A stretch of 64,000 bases of DNA, taken from contig JBBIOU010000015.1 in NCBI GenBank assembly GCA_037443205.1, positions 9,800-73,799 on the forward strand. The letters run 5' to 3'. Under the pieces are notes generated by a model. The model was not told the origin of the DNA. It searched no databases and saw only the letters and a list, made by a program, of their open reading frames with translations. Positions 1 through 9,194 of the stretch are shown here, in pieces. Both the position numbers and the translations under genes were made by a program. The DNA comes from Flavobacteriales bacterium (GTDB lineage: Bacteria; Bacteroidota; Bacteroidia; Flavobacteriales_D; UBA2798). Each line of letters begins with the position of its first letter. Position 1 is the stretch's first letter.

Positions 1-1
1 A

Positions 2-1345
2 ATTTAACGGAGTTGACCACTTAGTCCAGCTATCATCTAAACGTCTGCTCATAAAAATATCCATATCGCCAAATCCCGGATGCCCGTTAGAAGCAAAATA
101 CAGGGTTTTACCATCACCGGCAATAAAGGGGCCTGTTTCATTGCCGAAGGAGTTTATTTCTGTTCCTGCATTAATAGGTTCTGACCATGAACCATCCGGA
201 TTTTGTTTAGATACATAGATATCTTTTCCTCCATGTGTGTCGTCACGTTGAGCAGTAAATAACAAAACTTTTCCATCGGGGCTAACAGTTGCTTCTGTGT
301 ATTTGGAGTTATTATAGTAATTAGGAACAATAATTTTTTGTGGTACATTCCAGCCTTTGGCGTTACGTTGCGTAATCGAAAAACCTTGTCCTTCATACTC
401 GCCTGATTGATCGTAATGATGTTTAACAAATGCAGTATTATGGTCAGATGTGAGGGCAATAATGGTATTATGGCCTGAATTGTTGAGCGGTTTACCTATA
501 TTTTGTGCCTCAGTCCATTGACCTAAATTATCAAGTGTTGTGTACCAGATATCATCATTTTCGGGATTGCCGGTGTTATTAGGATCGCCTGATCTGACAA
601 AATAAAGTGTTTTTCCGTCATGTGTAATAAGCGGAGATTTTTCGTAATGAATTGTATTTACTTTGGTGCCCAAATTTTCTTTTTTAGCATTGGTAAATGC
701 ATCCTGTACGAGATTTATTTTGCCTCTGTCTTGCAAAAGTTGTAAATTATCTATTTGCACATGACCTTTGTTTTGAAAATGGAAGCCCGCATATCTGTCG
801 TATTCGGGCAACAGGGGTGCGGATTGTGCAACAAGTTCGTTATTTATACTATAATAAAACTGTTTATTGCTTTTATTGTATTTTATACTTAGTGTTACAT
901 AGGTATTTTTTACCATTTTATGTTTAACGCCTGTCCATTTAACCAAATATTCTGAATTTCCTTCGATAGTTTTTTTTACGGCAATTTTGCCGCTGGCATC
1001 CCATAAAAATGTGCAGGAATTATTTATATTTTTATAATTCCATACCAATCCGAAAATAAAATTATTTTCAAACCATTCGGGTTTAAACCGTGTAATTAAA
1101 ATAAAATCGTTTTCTGTATCAATCAATACTTTATTAACCGATTGCCAAAGCCAGCCATCAATTTTATGGTTTACCTGGTAGTGCCCTTGCGATATTTCAC
1201 ACGCAACATTATCAACAGATTTTTCATACCAACGATTTCTTTTGTTATTAAAATCCTCAAAATATACAGTTTGTGTTTGAGCTGAAGTATAAATAAACAA
1301 AAAAGAAATAGGTACACAGAAAATTACATTAATATATCTATACAT
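2..1345 (-). CDS. Secreted PD40/TolB-like beta-propeller repeat protein, N-terminal part (3' end runs off the window; probably an OmpA/PD40-type envelope protein)
   Basis: Absent from the ORF track because there is no stop in the window. Hand translation of the minus strand from ATG 1345-1343 is open to position 2. It begins MYRYINVIFCVPISFLFIYTSAQTQ (signal peptide), then an unknown ~200-aa domain. PD40-like repeat units follow, e.g. TVSPDGKVLLFTAQRDDTHGGKDIYVSKQNPDGSWSEPINAGTEINSFGNETGPFIAGDGKTLYFASN. Confidence 0.65.
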   Translation of the reverse strand, partial: MYRYINVIFCVPISFLFIYTSAQTQTVYFEDFNNKRNRWYEKSVDNVACEISQGHYQVNHKIDGWLWQSVNKVLIDTENDFILITRFKPEWFENNFIFGLVWNYKNINNSCTFLWDASGKIAVKKTIEGNSEYLVKWTGVKHKMVKNTYVTLSIKYNKSNKQFYYSINNELVAQSAPLLPEYDRYAGFHFQNKGHVQIDNLQLLQDRGKINLVQDAFTNAKKENLGTKVNTIHYEKSPLITHDGKTLYFVRSGDPNNTGNPENDDIWYTTLDNLGQWTEAQNIGKPLNNSGHNTIIALTSDHNTAFVKHHYDQSGEYEGQGFSITQRNAKGWNVPQKIIVPNYYNNSKYTEATVSPDGKVLLFTAQRDDTHGGKDIYVSKQNPDGSWSEPINAGTEINSFGNETGPFIAGDGKTLYFASNGHPGFGDMDIFMSRRLDDSWTKWSTPLN

Positions 1346-1365
1346 GATATCAGAAAAGCAATTTA

Positions 1366-4300
1366 TTATTTCTTTTTACCTAAAAGCGGTATATTTATTT
1401 TACCAAAAAAATCGAGGGTTTTCTTTAACAAATCAAAATATAGCGTAATAATTAATACTCCTGTCATGCACCAAATCACAATTAGGTTTGCCCAAAAGGT
1501 ATCAATGTATCTGCCAAAAAACAATTTTCTGGGCGCATAAAAATGTGCTGATAAAAATCCTTTGTCGTAAGGGTCTCTGTATATTAAGTTTTTCTTTTGT
1601 ATTAAGCGACCTTTATCTTCGATTATAAATTCAAAACTGTTTTTATTGGTTGCAAAACTTTCAAGACTTTCATTGGTGTACTTATCTTTAAGTGTAAAAT
1701 AAGCTGCTCTACCCTCCTCTGTTTTTGTCATTTCGCGGGTTATGCTATCTATTTCGTTTGTTCTGTCGTTTACATTTTTTTTGTAATGTCTTTTAAGGAT
1801 TTCAAAATATTGTTGTGTAGCTGCAATGGTTTTACTATCCAATTTTTCTAAGGTTAAATTATCTATGTTGGGTGCGGGTATTTTTTTGTTTTGTAAAAAT
1901 TTTTGTTCCAGTTTAATTTCGTTTCTCAACACCAATAGCCTGCGTTCATTTTCTTGTTTTTTGTCGGGGTTTTGAAATTCGAGTATAACATCTTGTAATC
2001 GGGTTTCTAATTCTTTAAGCCAATAGTCTTTTTTCCAAAGAGAAAATTGTTTTACTTTTTCGTATTTATAAAATATTTTATTAAACTTATTGTCTTTAAA
2101 GGTTGTTACGGCCATGGCTTCGTATGCCCAGCGGGAAGCCATCACATTTCCGATAACGGGCACTTCGCTTTGCGAGGCAAACCATGGATGTAGCTTATCG
2201 AATTTAACGATTACACCACTAAACAATAATTGCGGAATGATTAAAATAGGGATAAGTATATAAATTACCTTGGCCGAATTAAAACTGGCCGATATGTTTA
2301 AACCTAAAATATTGGCAAAGCAGGAGGTAGAAAATAATACCATCCAGTGTGCAAAGGTCATTCCTTTTACTTCTAAAATATAGTTACCTACCACAACGTA
2401 TAAAAACATTTGTATGGCCGATATAACAAACATGATTGATATTTTAGAAAAGAGATAACTGCCTTTACTTAAATTCAAAAATTTTTCTCTTCTGAGAATT
2501 TTTTGGTCTTTGATAATTTCTTCGGCTGATACGGTTAATCCTAAAAACAAAGCTACTACAACCGAAATAAATATAAATTGCGGGAAGTTTTCGCTGAGTC
2601 TGAATATGTAATCCCCGGTTTTTCCGCTTTGGCTGTCAAAAAACTTAACAAAAAATGCAAGAATTAATGCCAGTGCCGGTGCTTCCAGGGCATTAATTAA
2701 TACATATTGTTTATTGGTAAGCTTAGATAATACATCGCGTATGGTATATACATAAAATTGTTTGAATTTATTGGGTATTTTAAAGCCGCTTGCGGGAATT
2801 TCTTTGTAATCAGGAGCATTATTAATGCCGGTGGCAAGGTTTTGTAAATAAAACTCATTCCATTCTTTGGGTGATATTTTTCTGTTGGGTGTTAAGTTAC
2901 CATACTCGTCTACTACTTTACTTTCTATGATATTAAAAATCTGTTCGGGATTCACATTACCGCAGGTAATACATTCGCTTTCATCGGCATTTACGTGGTT
3001 CACCAGTCGTTTAAAGTAAATAACTGCATCCACCGGGTTGCCGTAATAAATAGGGTAACCGCCTGTATCTAAAATCAACAGTTTATCGAACATTTTAAAA
3101 ATATCGCTGGAAGGCTGGTGTATTACTACAAATACCAATTTCCCTTTCAGGGCTAGTTCTTTGAGTAAGTCCATGATATTTTCAGAGTCTCTTGAAGATA
3201 AGCCCGATGTAGGCTCATCAACAAAAAGTACGGCCGGTTCACGAATCAATTCCAAACCTATATTTAAGCGTTTTCTTTGTCCTCCTGAAATGGTTTTATC
3301 TAAGGGGCTGCCAACGCGCAAATCTTTTCTTTCATAAAGCCCTAAGGCATTTAATACATTTAATACCAATTTGGTTATTTCGGTATCGTTTAAATTACCG
3401 AAGCAAAGTTTTGCATTATAAAACAGATTTTGAAATACGGTAAGTTCTTCAATCAATAAATCGTCTTGCGATACGTAGCCAATTACGCCTTCAATTTTAT
3501 TAGCCTGCCTATGTATATCTATTCCGTTGATAGTAACACTGCCGTGTGTAGGGGTATAATTTCCGTTAAGCACATTTAACAAGGTTGATTTACCTGCCCC
3601 GCTGGCTCCCATAATTCCTAATAATTTACCTGATTCTTCAGCAAAGGAAAGTGGATGTAAACCTATGTTACCGGCTTTAAAATGGTATTGGATATCATTA
3701 ACCTTAAATACAATTTTTTGCGCGGATGAGTCGCTTAAAAAATGGCTGATGATATCACTGTAATAAATAGGTTGTACGCGCGAACTGCGTATAGATGATC
3801 CCTGATTGAGTATATATACCCTTCCCGGGGTTATGTTTAACCCGTTTAAATATAGTTCGGCTGTTCCATAATATTTTAATACGTATATACCCACACTTTG
3901 CAGTCGTAATACGCGTATATGACCTTGAATACCTTCTGAATAAATATGATGTGCCGCTGTATATTTTTTTTCTTTGTTGCTATCAATGTATAATAGCATT
4001 GGATGATCTTCGATATCGTGCTCTTTACTGTCTACAAGTCCGCGACAACGTGCAAACTCATCTTCGCTGATATTAAATGTTTCGGCCACTGTTTTGGCAA
4101 ATTCCAGTTCCTGCTCGGTAACTGCAGCATTTGCATTTACAAATTCCAGAATGCGGATGATTACGATGAGTTTTTGCTTTTGTGCGAGTTCTTCGTTAAT
4201 TTGGGTACATATTCTAAGTACTTTAACCGAATTAACCGATGTGCGCTTTTTAGCACCGTCTTTTTTTGCTGATTTACCCTGGTGTTGTTCTAAAAACTCA

Positions 4301-4482
4301 TCAAAAAGTTGCAGGTATTCATCTACAAGTTCCTGGTTAAGTTGCGATTTTAAAAAAACCTCTACAATTCTTCGGCCTCCTCCGTGTCCTGAACCATGGC
4401 CGGCTTCCGGTCCATCTTCGTCTTCAACCCTTGCAATAATAGCAAAAAGTTGCATCAAGGCTTTTAATATCCGCTCACTCAT
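1366..4482 (-). CDS. ABC transporter, fused ATPase + ABC-2/ABCG-type permease with ~300-aa N-terminal extension
   Basis: Walker A GASGAGKST, signature ISGGQRKRLNIG, Walker B LFVDEPTSGL and H-loop VIHQPS, followed by multiple hydrophobic helices. The N-terminal extension is helical then beta-rich (FHA-like ...YLNGLNITPGRVYILNQGSSIR). Confidence 0.85.
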   Translation of the reverse strand: MSERILKALMQLFAIIARVEDEDGPEAGHGSGHGGGRRIVEVFLKSQLNQELVDEYLQLFDEFLEQHQGKSAKKDGAKKRTSVNSVKVLRICTQINEELAQKQKLIVIIRILEFVNANAAVTEQELEFAKTVAETFNISEDEFARCRGLVDSKEHDIEDHPMLLYIDSNKEKKYTAAHHIYSEGIQGHIRVLRLQSVGIYVLKYYGTAELYLNGLNITPGRVYILNQGSSIRSSRVQPIYYSDIISHFLSDSSAQKIVFKVNDIQYHFKAGNIGLHPLSFAEESGKLLGIMGASGAGKSTLLNVLNGNYTPTHGSVTINGIDIHRQANKIEGVIGYVSQDDLLIEELTVFQNLFYNAKLCFGNLNDTEITKLVLNVLNALGLYERKDLRVGSPLDKTISGGQRKRLNIGLELIREPAVLFVDEPTSGLSSRDSENIMDLLKELALKGKLVFVVIHQPSSDIFKMFDKLLILDTGGYPIYYGNPVDAVIYFKRLVNHVNADESECITCGNVNPEQIFNIIESKVVDEYGNLTPNRKISPKEWNEFYLQNLATGINNAPDYKEIPASGFKIPNKFKQFYVYTIRDVLSKLTNKQYVLINALEAPALALILAFFVKFFDSQSGKTGDYIFRLSENFPQFIFISVVVALFLGLTVSAEEIIKDQKILRREKFLNLSKGSYLFSKISIMFVISAIQMFLYVVVGNYILEVKGMTFAHWMVLFSTSCFANILGLNISASFNSAKVIYILIPILIIPQLLFSGVIVKFDKLHPWFASQSEVPVIGNVMASRWAYEAMAVTTFKDNKFNKIFYKYEKVKQFSLWKKDYWLKELETRLQDVILEFQNPDKKQENERRLLVLRNEIKLEQKFLQNKKIPAPNIDNLTLEKLDSKTIAATQQYFEILKRHYKKNVNDRTNEIDSITREMTKTEEGRAAYFTLKDKYTNESLESFATNKNSFEFIIEDKGRLIQKKNLIYRDPYDKGFLSAHFYAPRKLFFGRYIDTFWANLIVIWCMTGVLIITLYFDLLKKTLDFFGKINIPLLGKKK

Positions 4483-4516
4483 GTTTTAAAGTTATGTTGC
4501 TAATTGTTTAGCGTAA

Positions 4517-4975
4517 TTATTTTCTGTTCTTTTGTTTAAATCCAATCAATAAAACTGTACAGCCTGAAGATTTTTTATTTGAGTCGAGTCTTGCCTCAAT
4601 TCTAATATCAATTGTTGATTCAACTTTAAAATCCCAATAAGGAGCATTTTTATAATCAATGTTGCTAAACAGCAAATGGTTTTCTTTATCGTAGATTTCA
4701 AAAATTACATAATTGTCTTTTGTTCCGGCCGATGCTGCCACCCTATATGTAGAGCCTCCATAAAAAGTGGTTGTAAATTCGGCTGTCTGGTCCTCATCCA
4801 AAAAGGCCCTGTAAGTTTGTCCATCAGAAATAAACACTGATTTACTGTCATTTTTAGCCGGTGTATTCAAATAGCTCTTACATATACTGGCCAATGAATC
4901 GCAACTTTGTGAAAACGCATGTTCAGTGCTAAGCACTGCAATAACTAAAAGTGTTAAAAGTTTTATGTTTTTCAT
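4517..4975 (-). CDS. Hypothetical secreted protein
   Basis: Signal peptide MKNIKLLTLLVIAVLSTEHAFSQ. Lies 34 nt upstream of the ABC gene on the same strand. Confidence 0.55.
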   Translation of the reverse strand: MKNIKLLTLLVIAVLSTEHAFSQSCDSLASICKSYLNTPAKNDSKSVFISDGQTYRAFLDEDQTAEFTTTFYGGSTYRVAASAGTKDNYVIFEIYDKENHLLFSNIDYKNAPYWDFKVESTIDIRIEARLDSNKKSSGCTVLLIGFKQKNRK

Positions 4976-4990
4976 GATGTTGAAATGATG

Positions 4991-5905
4991 CTATAGTGTT
5001 GAGTTTACAATTTTTTCGCGAATTGCTTTCACTTTTTCGCTTATGGTTTTTAAGTTTTCTTCGGTTAAATTTACTTTTGTTTTACTTTTAAATGTAGTAA
5101 TCTGATTGTTGGCATCTGTAACCGGTTCAGCATATTCGTAAGTAAATTCTATCCCGTCAAACTCATGGTATAAATCTATCAGTTCATCCACCAGAATACT
5201 GTAGCTTTCTTCGTTTCTGAAATTTTCCAGTAATTCTATTAAATTAGAGAGTGTTGTTTTCTGTTCTCCGATGCGGTTAATTATTTCATTATCTTTTTTA
5301 TGATTCAATGTATTTGACGAAAAATATAAAGCTTCTATCCAGCCACCGGTAAGTATAAGGCCTGCGACATCATGTCGGTCATTATTCTTGAGGTATTCAT
5401 CACCGCTTCGGTAAGCATCACTCACAATTACCAGCATAGAATCGCGATTGCCGAGATTGTTACTAAAACGGTCAATAATTTCTTTACTGAATGCTCCTCC
5501 TAAATCTAATTCGTCTGATAATTTTTGCACCGAATTAAGAAATGAAAGCGCATCATTGGTATTATCATACATGGTAACATAGCCTAAATCAGCACCGTAA
5601 ATCCCTAAATTCAAGGCTTTATGGAAACGACTTGAGTAAGAAGTAACACTATTGGGTGGATTGAGCATTTGCGAATTATAAGGTGCTCCTGAATTTTTGA
5701 TTAATTCGGCTGTTTGGAAGGGTGAAGGAATACTGAAAATTTTACCTTTTAAACTAACCGTAAGATTTTGTGTGGTATCTAACAGGTTATCGTCAATTTT
5801 AGTAATGTCCGGATCACCACTGTTGGTCGAATCTCCGCAAGCAGCAATACTTAAAACAACGGCTGTTGCTGCCAAATAAACGAATTGATTAATTTTTTTA
5901 CTCAT
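4991..5905 (-). CDS. Hypothetical lipoprotein
   Basis: Internal start MSKKINQFVYLAATAVVLSIAACGDS gives a lipobox (A-A-C). The ORF-track start at 5941 adds 12 non-signal residues. Confidence 0.55.
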   Translation of the reverse strand: MSKKINQFVYLAATAVVLSIAACGDSTNSGDPDITKIDDNLLDTTQNLTVSLKGKIFSIPSPFQTAELIKNSGAPYNSQMLNPPNSVTSYSSRFHKALNLGIYGADLGYVTMYDNTNDALSFLNSVQKLSDELDLGGAFSKEIIDRFSNNLGNRDSMLVIVSDAYRSGDEYLKNNDRHDVAGLILTGGWIEALYFSSNTLNHKKDNEIINRIGEQKTTLSNLIELLENFRNEESYSILVDELIDLYHEFDGIEFTYEYAEPVTDANNQITTFKSKTKVNLTEENLKTISEKVKAIREKIVNSTL

Positions 5906-6143
5906 ATTTATTGCGCATGTACTTTTAAAAACAAGGTGCAAGTAATAAAAATTATATCAATTCTCAAAATAAATAATTTACGACCAAAAATACTTTTTAA
6001 TAGTTAAGTCGGTGTTTAGGGCTGTTTAACAGCTAATGTATAATCTTTAATTGTACACTTTTAATATCCAAAATTATGTTTTTTAGATACTCTGTTTTAA
6101 ATCAAGGGGAATAACTTATATAACAAGTACAACACAACATACT

Positions 6144-6181
6144 CAGTATGAGAGACTTGAACTATTAAATCTCTCATACTG
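6144..6181 (-). terminator. Perfect 12-bp-stem hairpin downstream of the 6198-7022 lipoprotein gene
   Basis: cagtatgagaga (6144-6155) and tctctcatactg (6170-6181) are exact reverse complements with a 14-nt loop. The hairpin lies 17 nt past the stop of the minus-strand gene. Confidence 0.45.
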
Positions 6182-6197
6182 CATTCAACTTTATAAA

Positions 6198-7022
6198 TTA
6201 AGGCAGAGTAATATTATAAGTATTACCGTTTATTGTAACGGTGGCTTGATTATCGCATGTACCCGAACCATAGTCAATCAAGCGGTCTGATTTACCTTGG
6301 GGCGAAATTTTAATGGCACCGCTTACAATGTTCCAACAATTTAATTTAACCTTAAGAGGAGAAGTTATAGTAATAACAAATGTGTTGCCGTTAGCCTGTG
6401 TACCATTTGCGCTTCCGGTAATTAAATATTCATCATCCAACCAGTTGAACAGGGTGTTTTCACCGCTAATCCATACGCGTTGACGAGTAGAGTTCCAGGA
6501 AACAGTACCTCCGTTATTCGCTTTAATTATCGTACCGTTTACTGATATTTCATACCATAGGTTTCCATTGTTGTTTCTACCCTTGTTAGTAACAATTTTC
6601 TGACCGGTTATCTGATTATCATTTACAAAATAATTTTGTGGTATATGAGTAATTACAGTTCCAGAATCTCTGTACATACCGGTATAGGTAATAATAATTT
6701 TACCTCTGCGTGTTTTATTGTCATTACAAAGGCAATTGGTAGCGCCAAAATCTACCGTAATTGTTTTGGGAGTTGCTAACGTATCTCTTATAACTGTTGC
6801 GCAGCCAAAAACCAAGGTATCCTGGGTACTTTTATAAAGGGATAAAGTTCCTGAATATGCCTGGTCGGCAATGGTTTTTATTTCATTAAAAAACCGCTCG
6901 GCCATAGCATTATCAGATGCCGGAGTAGTGTCTTTATCAATTTCTTTGGGTTCTCGTTTACAGGCTGTTATTAATAACACAGCAATTGCTGTTAAGCTGA
7001 TGGTGATTTGTATTTTTTTCAT
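6198..7022 (-). CDS. Hypothetical lipoprotein
   Basis: MKKIQITISLTAIAVLLITACKREP is a signal peptide with a lipobox Cys. The mature part is beta-rich and Asn/Thr/Gly-rich. Confidence 0.55.
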   Translation of the reverse strand: MKKIQITISLTAIAVLLITACKREPKEIDKDTTPASDNAMAERFFNEIKTIADQAYSGTLSLYKSTQDTLVFGCATVIRDTLATPKTITVDFGATNCLCNDNKTRRGKIIITYTGMYRDSGTVITHIPQNYFVNDNQITGQKIVTNKGRNNNGNLWYEISVNGTIIKANNGGTVSWNSTRQRVWISGENTLFNWLDDEYLITGSANGTQANGNTFVITITSPLKVKLNCWNIVSGAIKISPQGKSDRLIDYGSGTCDNQATVTINGNTYNITLP

Positions 7023-7036
7023 AAATTATTCTGGTT

Positions 7037-7044
7037 TATTTTTG
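7037..7044 (+). promoter_or_regulatory. Bacteroidota -7 box (TAnnTTTG) upstream of 7074 ORF
   Basis: tatttttg at 7037-7044, 30 nt upstream of ATG 7074. Confidence 0.4.
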
Positions 7045-7073
7045 AATACCAAATTTTATACCAATTTAAATAG

Positions 7074-8954
7074 ATGCAACCTCTAGCCCCTAAAAATCGT
7101 CCATTTAAAAATTCAGTATTTATGCAATTCATAAAACTTGTTTATATTCTGCTTTTTGCAGCAATTCATACACTAGCCACTCCTCAACAGCATCAACATA
7201 CAACTGAAGGTTTCATTCAAATTAACCGAAATTTGGATTTAGGCTCACAGGCAGAACAACTTATTAATACCCATTTTAGTTATTCAGTTGTATTAGAAAA
7301 ACTTAGTGTTTTAAGTGGTGATCCTATCGAGAAGATACAATCAGAATATGATGACTTTATTAAAACAAAGTTGAATATATTTAAGCGAAAATTTGTGTGT
7401 GATTACAAAAACGGATTATACCCAACAGACCACGATATAGAAAAATTCATTATCAAATCCTCTATGAAAATGTTGGAAATTTATAGAATATTAAAAAATG
7501 GCGATTATAATAGTTTTAATGAGAATAAACTCCATAAAGAAAATAACCTGACATTAAAAGCAGCTAATGGTCCATGCCTGAATCCTGACATGGAGACCTG
7601 CGATTTTACCGACTGGGATTTAACTACCGGTACCCATGACGGTAGTGCACCTTTTGCTTATGCATTTGTAACTCCAACTACATCCTGGAGCGTTTTTTCG
7701 GGAACCAGTTCATCCGATCAGCATTACATTGTTAATGCCGCCAGTGGTAATGATCAGTTTGGGTTCCCTATGCTAAACCCCGATGGGGGTGTGTGCTCAG
7801 CCATGTTGGGCGATTATACCGGAACAGGTGCACTTGCATCGAGTATGCGTAAAACATTTTTAGTTTCGGGTAATAACTCGGTTTTTGTTATAAATTATGC
7901 AGCGGTTTTAGAAAATCCATCAGGCCATTTACCCAACGAAATGCCTTATTTCAGAATAAGGGTATATGACCAAAACAACAACGAGCTTTCTTGCGGTACG
8001 GTAAACGTATATTCGGGCGATGGTCAACCCGGCTGGAATGTATCAGGTTCGGGAGGGATACAATGGAAACCCTGGACTACTTTATTTGTGCCTCTCACCG
8101 GCTATCAAAATCAAAATGTAACAGTTGAATTTACAGTTGGTGATTGTTCACTTAGCGGACATTATGGTTATGCTTATGTTGAAGCTTCGTGCCAACCTGC
8201 CATGATACAACTGGCAGCCGGAAGCACCGTATGCTCTGATAGTGTAGTGGTTACCGGGCCTCCGGGTGCTGCAGGCTATTTATGGAATACCGGAGATACC
8301 ACCCAGCAAATTACCATCACCCAATCAGGATATTACGCAGTAACTGTTACCCCGCTTACGGGGGCAAATTGTACAGTTACTCTTGATACCAATATTTATA
8401 TTAACACTGCCCCGCCTGTATCATCGTTTACTCATAATGCACCGCAATGCTTAGGTCGGGGAGCTGTTAGTTTTTATAACCAATCATATCCGGGCGATAC
8501 AGCTATGCCAATCATAAACTGGGTTTGGGATTTTGGAGACGGTAATATCATTACTGATACTGCACAACTTAATCATGATCACATCTATGCCGATTCAGGC
8601 AACTACGAAGTATCGCTGATTGTAACTGCTTTAAACGGTTGTAAAGACACCTTAAATACCAGTATATATATTGAAGAACCTTATAAACTTTTTATACCCA
8701 ATGTATTTTCTCCTAATAGCGACAATGTAAATGACTATTTTAAAGTATTAACCGGATGCATCAATGAACTGGTAGTTGATATTTACGACCGTTGGGGAAA
8801 TTACGTGTATGGGTACAATGATAAAAATGGTAAATGGGATGGCTTGAGGGATAATAAGAAGGCAGATGATGGTGTATATTATTACATTGTTAAAGTAACC
8901 GACAGAGATAATGTGATGCAGGTTTATACCGGCACGGTAACCTTAATTCGTTAA
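7074..8954 (+). CDS. T9SS type-B C-terminal-domain (gliding-motility CTD) surface protein with PKD-like domain
   Basis: The C-terminus FIPNVFSPNSDNVNDYFKV...DIYDRWGNYVY...WDG...DDGVYYYIVKV...GTVTLIR is the type-B CTD signature. A PKD-like segment reads WVWDFGDGN...HIYADSGNYEVSLIVTALNGC. An alternative start is ATG 7122 (MQFIKLVYILLFAAIHTLA). Confidence 0.8.
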   Translation: MQPLAPKNRPFKNSVFMQFIKLVYILLFAAIHTLATPQQHQHTTEGFIQINRNLDLGSQAEQLINTHFSYSVVLEKLSVLSGDPIEKIQSEYDDFIKTKLNIFKRKFVCDYKNGLYPTDHDIEKFIIKSSMKMLEIYRILKNGDYNSFNENKLHKENNLTLKAANGPCLNPDMETCDFTDWDLTTGTHDGSAPFAYAFVTPTTSWSVFSGTSSSDQHYIVNAASGNDQFGFPMLNPDGGVCSAMLGDYTGTGALASSMRKTFLVSGNNSVFVINYAAVLENPSGHLPNEMPYFRIRVYDQNNNELSCGTVNVYSGDGQPGWNVSGSGGIQWKPWTTLFVPLTGYQNQNVTVEFTVGDCSLSGHYGYAYVEASCQPAMIQLAAGSTVCSDSVVVTGPPGAAGYLWNTGDTTQQITITQSGYYAVTVTPLTGANCTVTLDTNIYINTAPPVSSFTHNAPQCLGRGAVSFYNQSYPGDTAMPIINWVWDFGDGNIITDTAQLNHDHIYADSGNYEVSLIVTALNGCKDTLNTSIYIEEPYKLFIPNVFSPNSDNVNDYFKVLTGCINELVVDIYDRWGNYVYGYNDKNGKWDGLRDNKKADDGVYYYIVKVTDRDNVMQVYTGTVTLIR

Positions 8955-9118
8955 CCCTCTACTACAAATCAGTAAGTTTACCCTAAAATTGTTCAGGCTT
9001 TTTCATAGCAAGTTGAACCTGTGTTAATCGCAAAATTGTCATTTGCCAACGAATTTTTCGTAGGCAGATGCAAGTGTTTAAGAATGTGGGCGGTATGGGG
9101 GTTAATACGCCCCTCCAT

Positions 9119-9135
9119 CTCCCCCAAAGGGGGAG
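9119..9135. other. GC-rich hairpin (7-bp stem, 3-nt loop) between convergent genes
   Basis: ctccccc-aaa-gggggag. A second imperfect GC hairpin (tggggg...cccctcca) lies immediately upstream. No T-run follows on either strand. Confidence 0.3.
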
Positions 9136-9194
9136 AGCATATAAAATATTAGACATCCGGCTTGCCGGGAAAAAAGTGTAATGACTTTTTGGGG

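Noticed and set aside
154-927. ORF-track entries 154-459 (-) and 697-927 (+)
   Set aside because: Both lie inside the uninterrupted minus-strand frame 2-1345, which encodes a signal peptide plus PD40 repeats. Their translations are low-complexity and motif-free, so they are shadow ORFs.
4003-4489. Plus-strand ORFs 4003-4272 and 4094-4489
   Set aside because: They are antisense to the 5' part of the ABC transporter gene, have no motifs, and have Ser/Cys/Phe-rich composition typical of reverse-frame artefacts.
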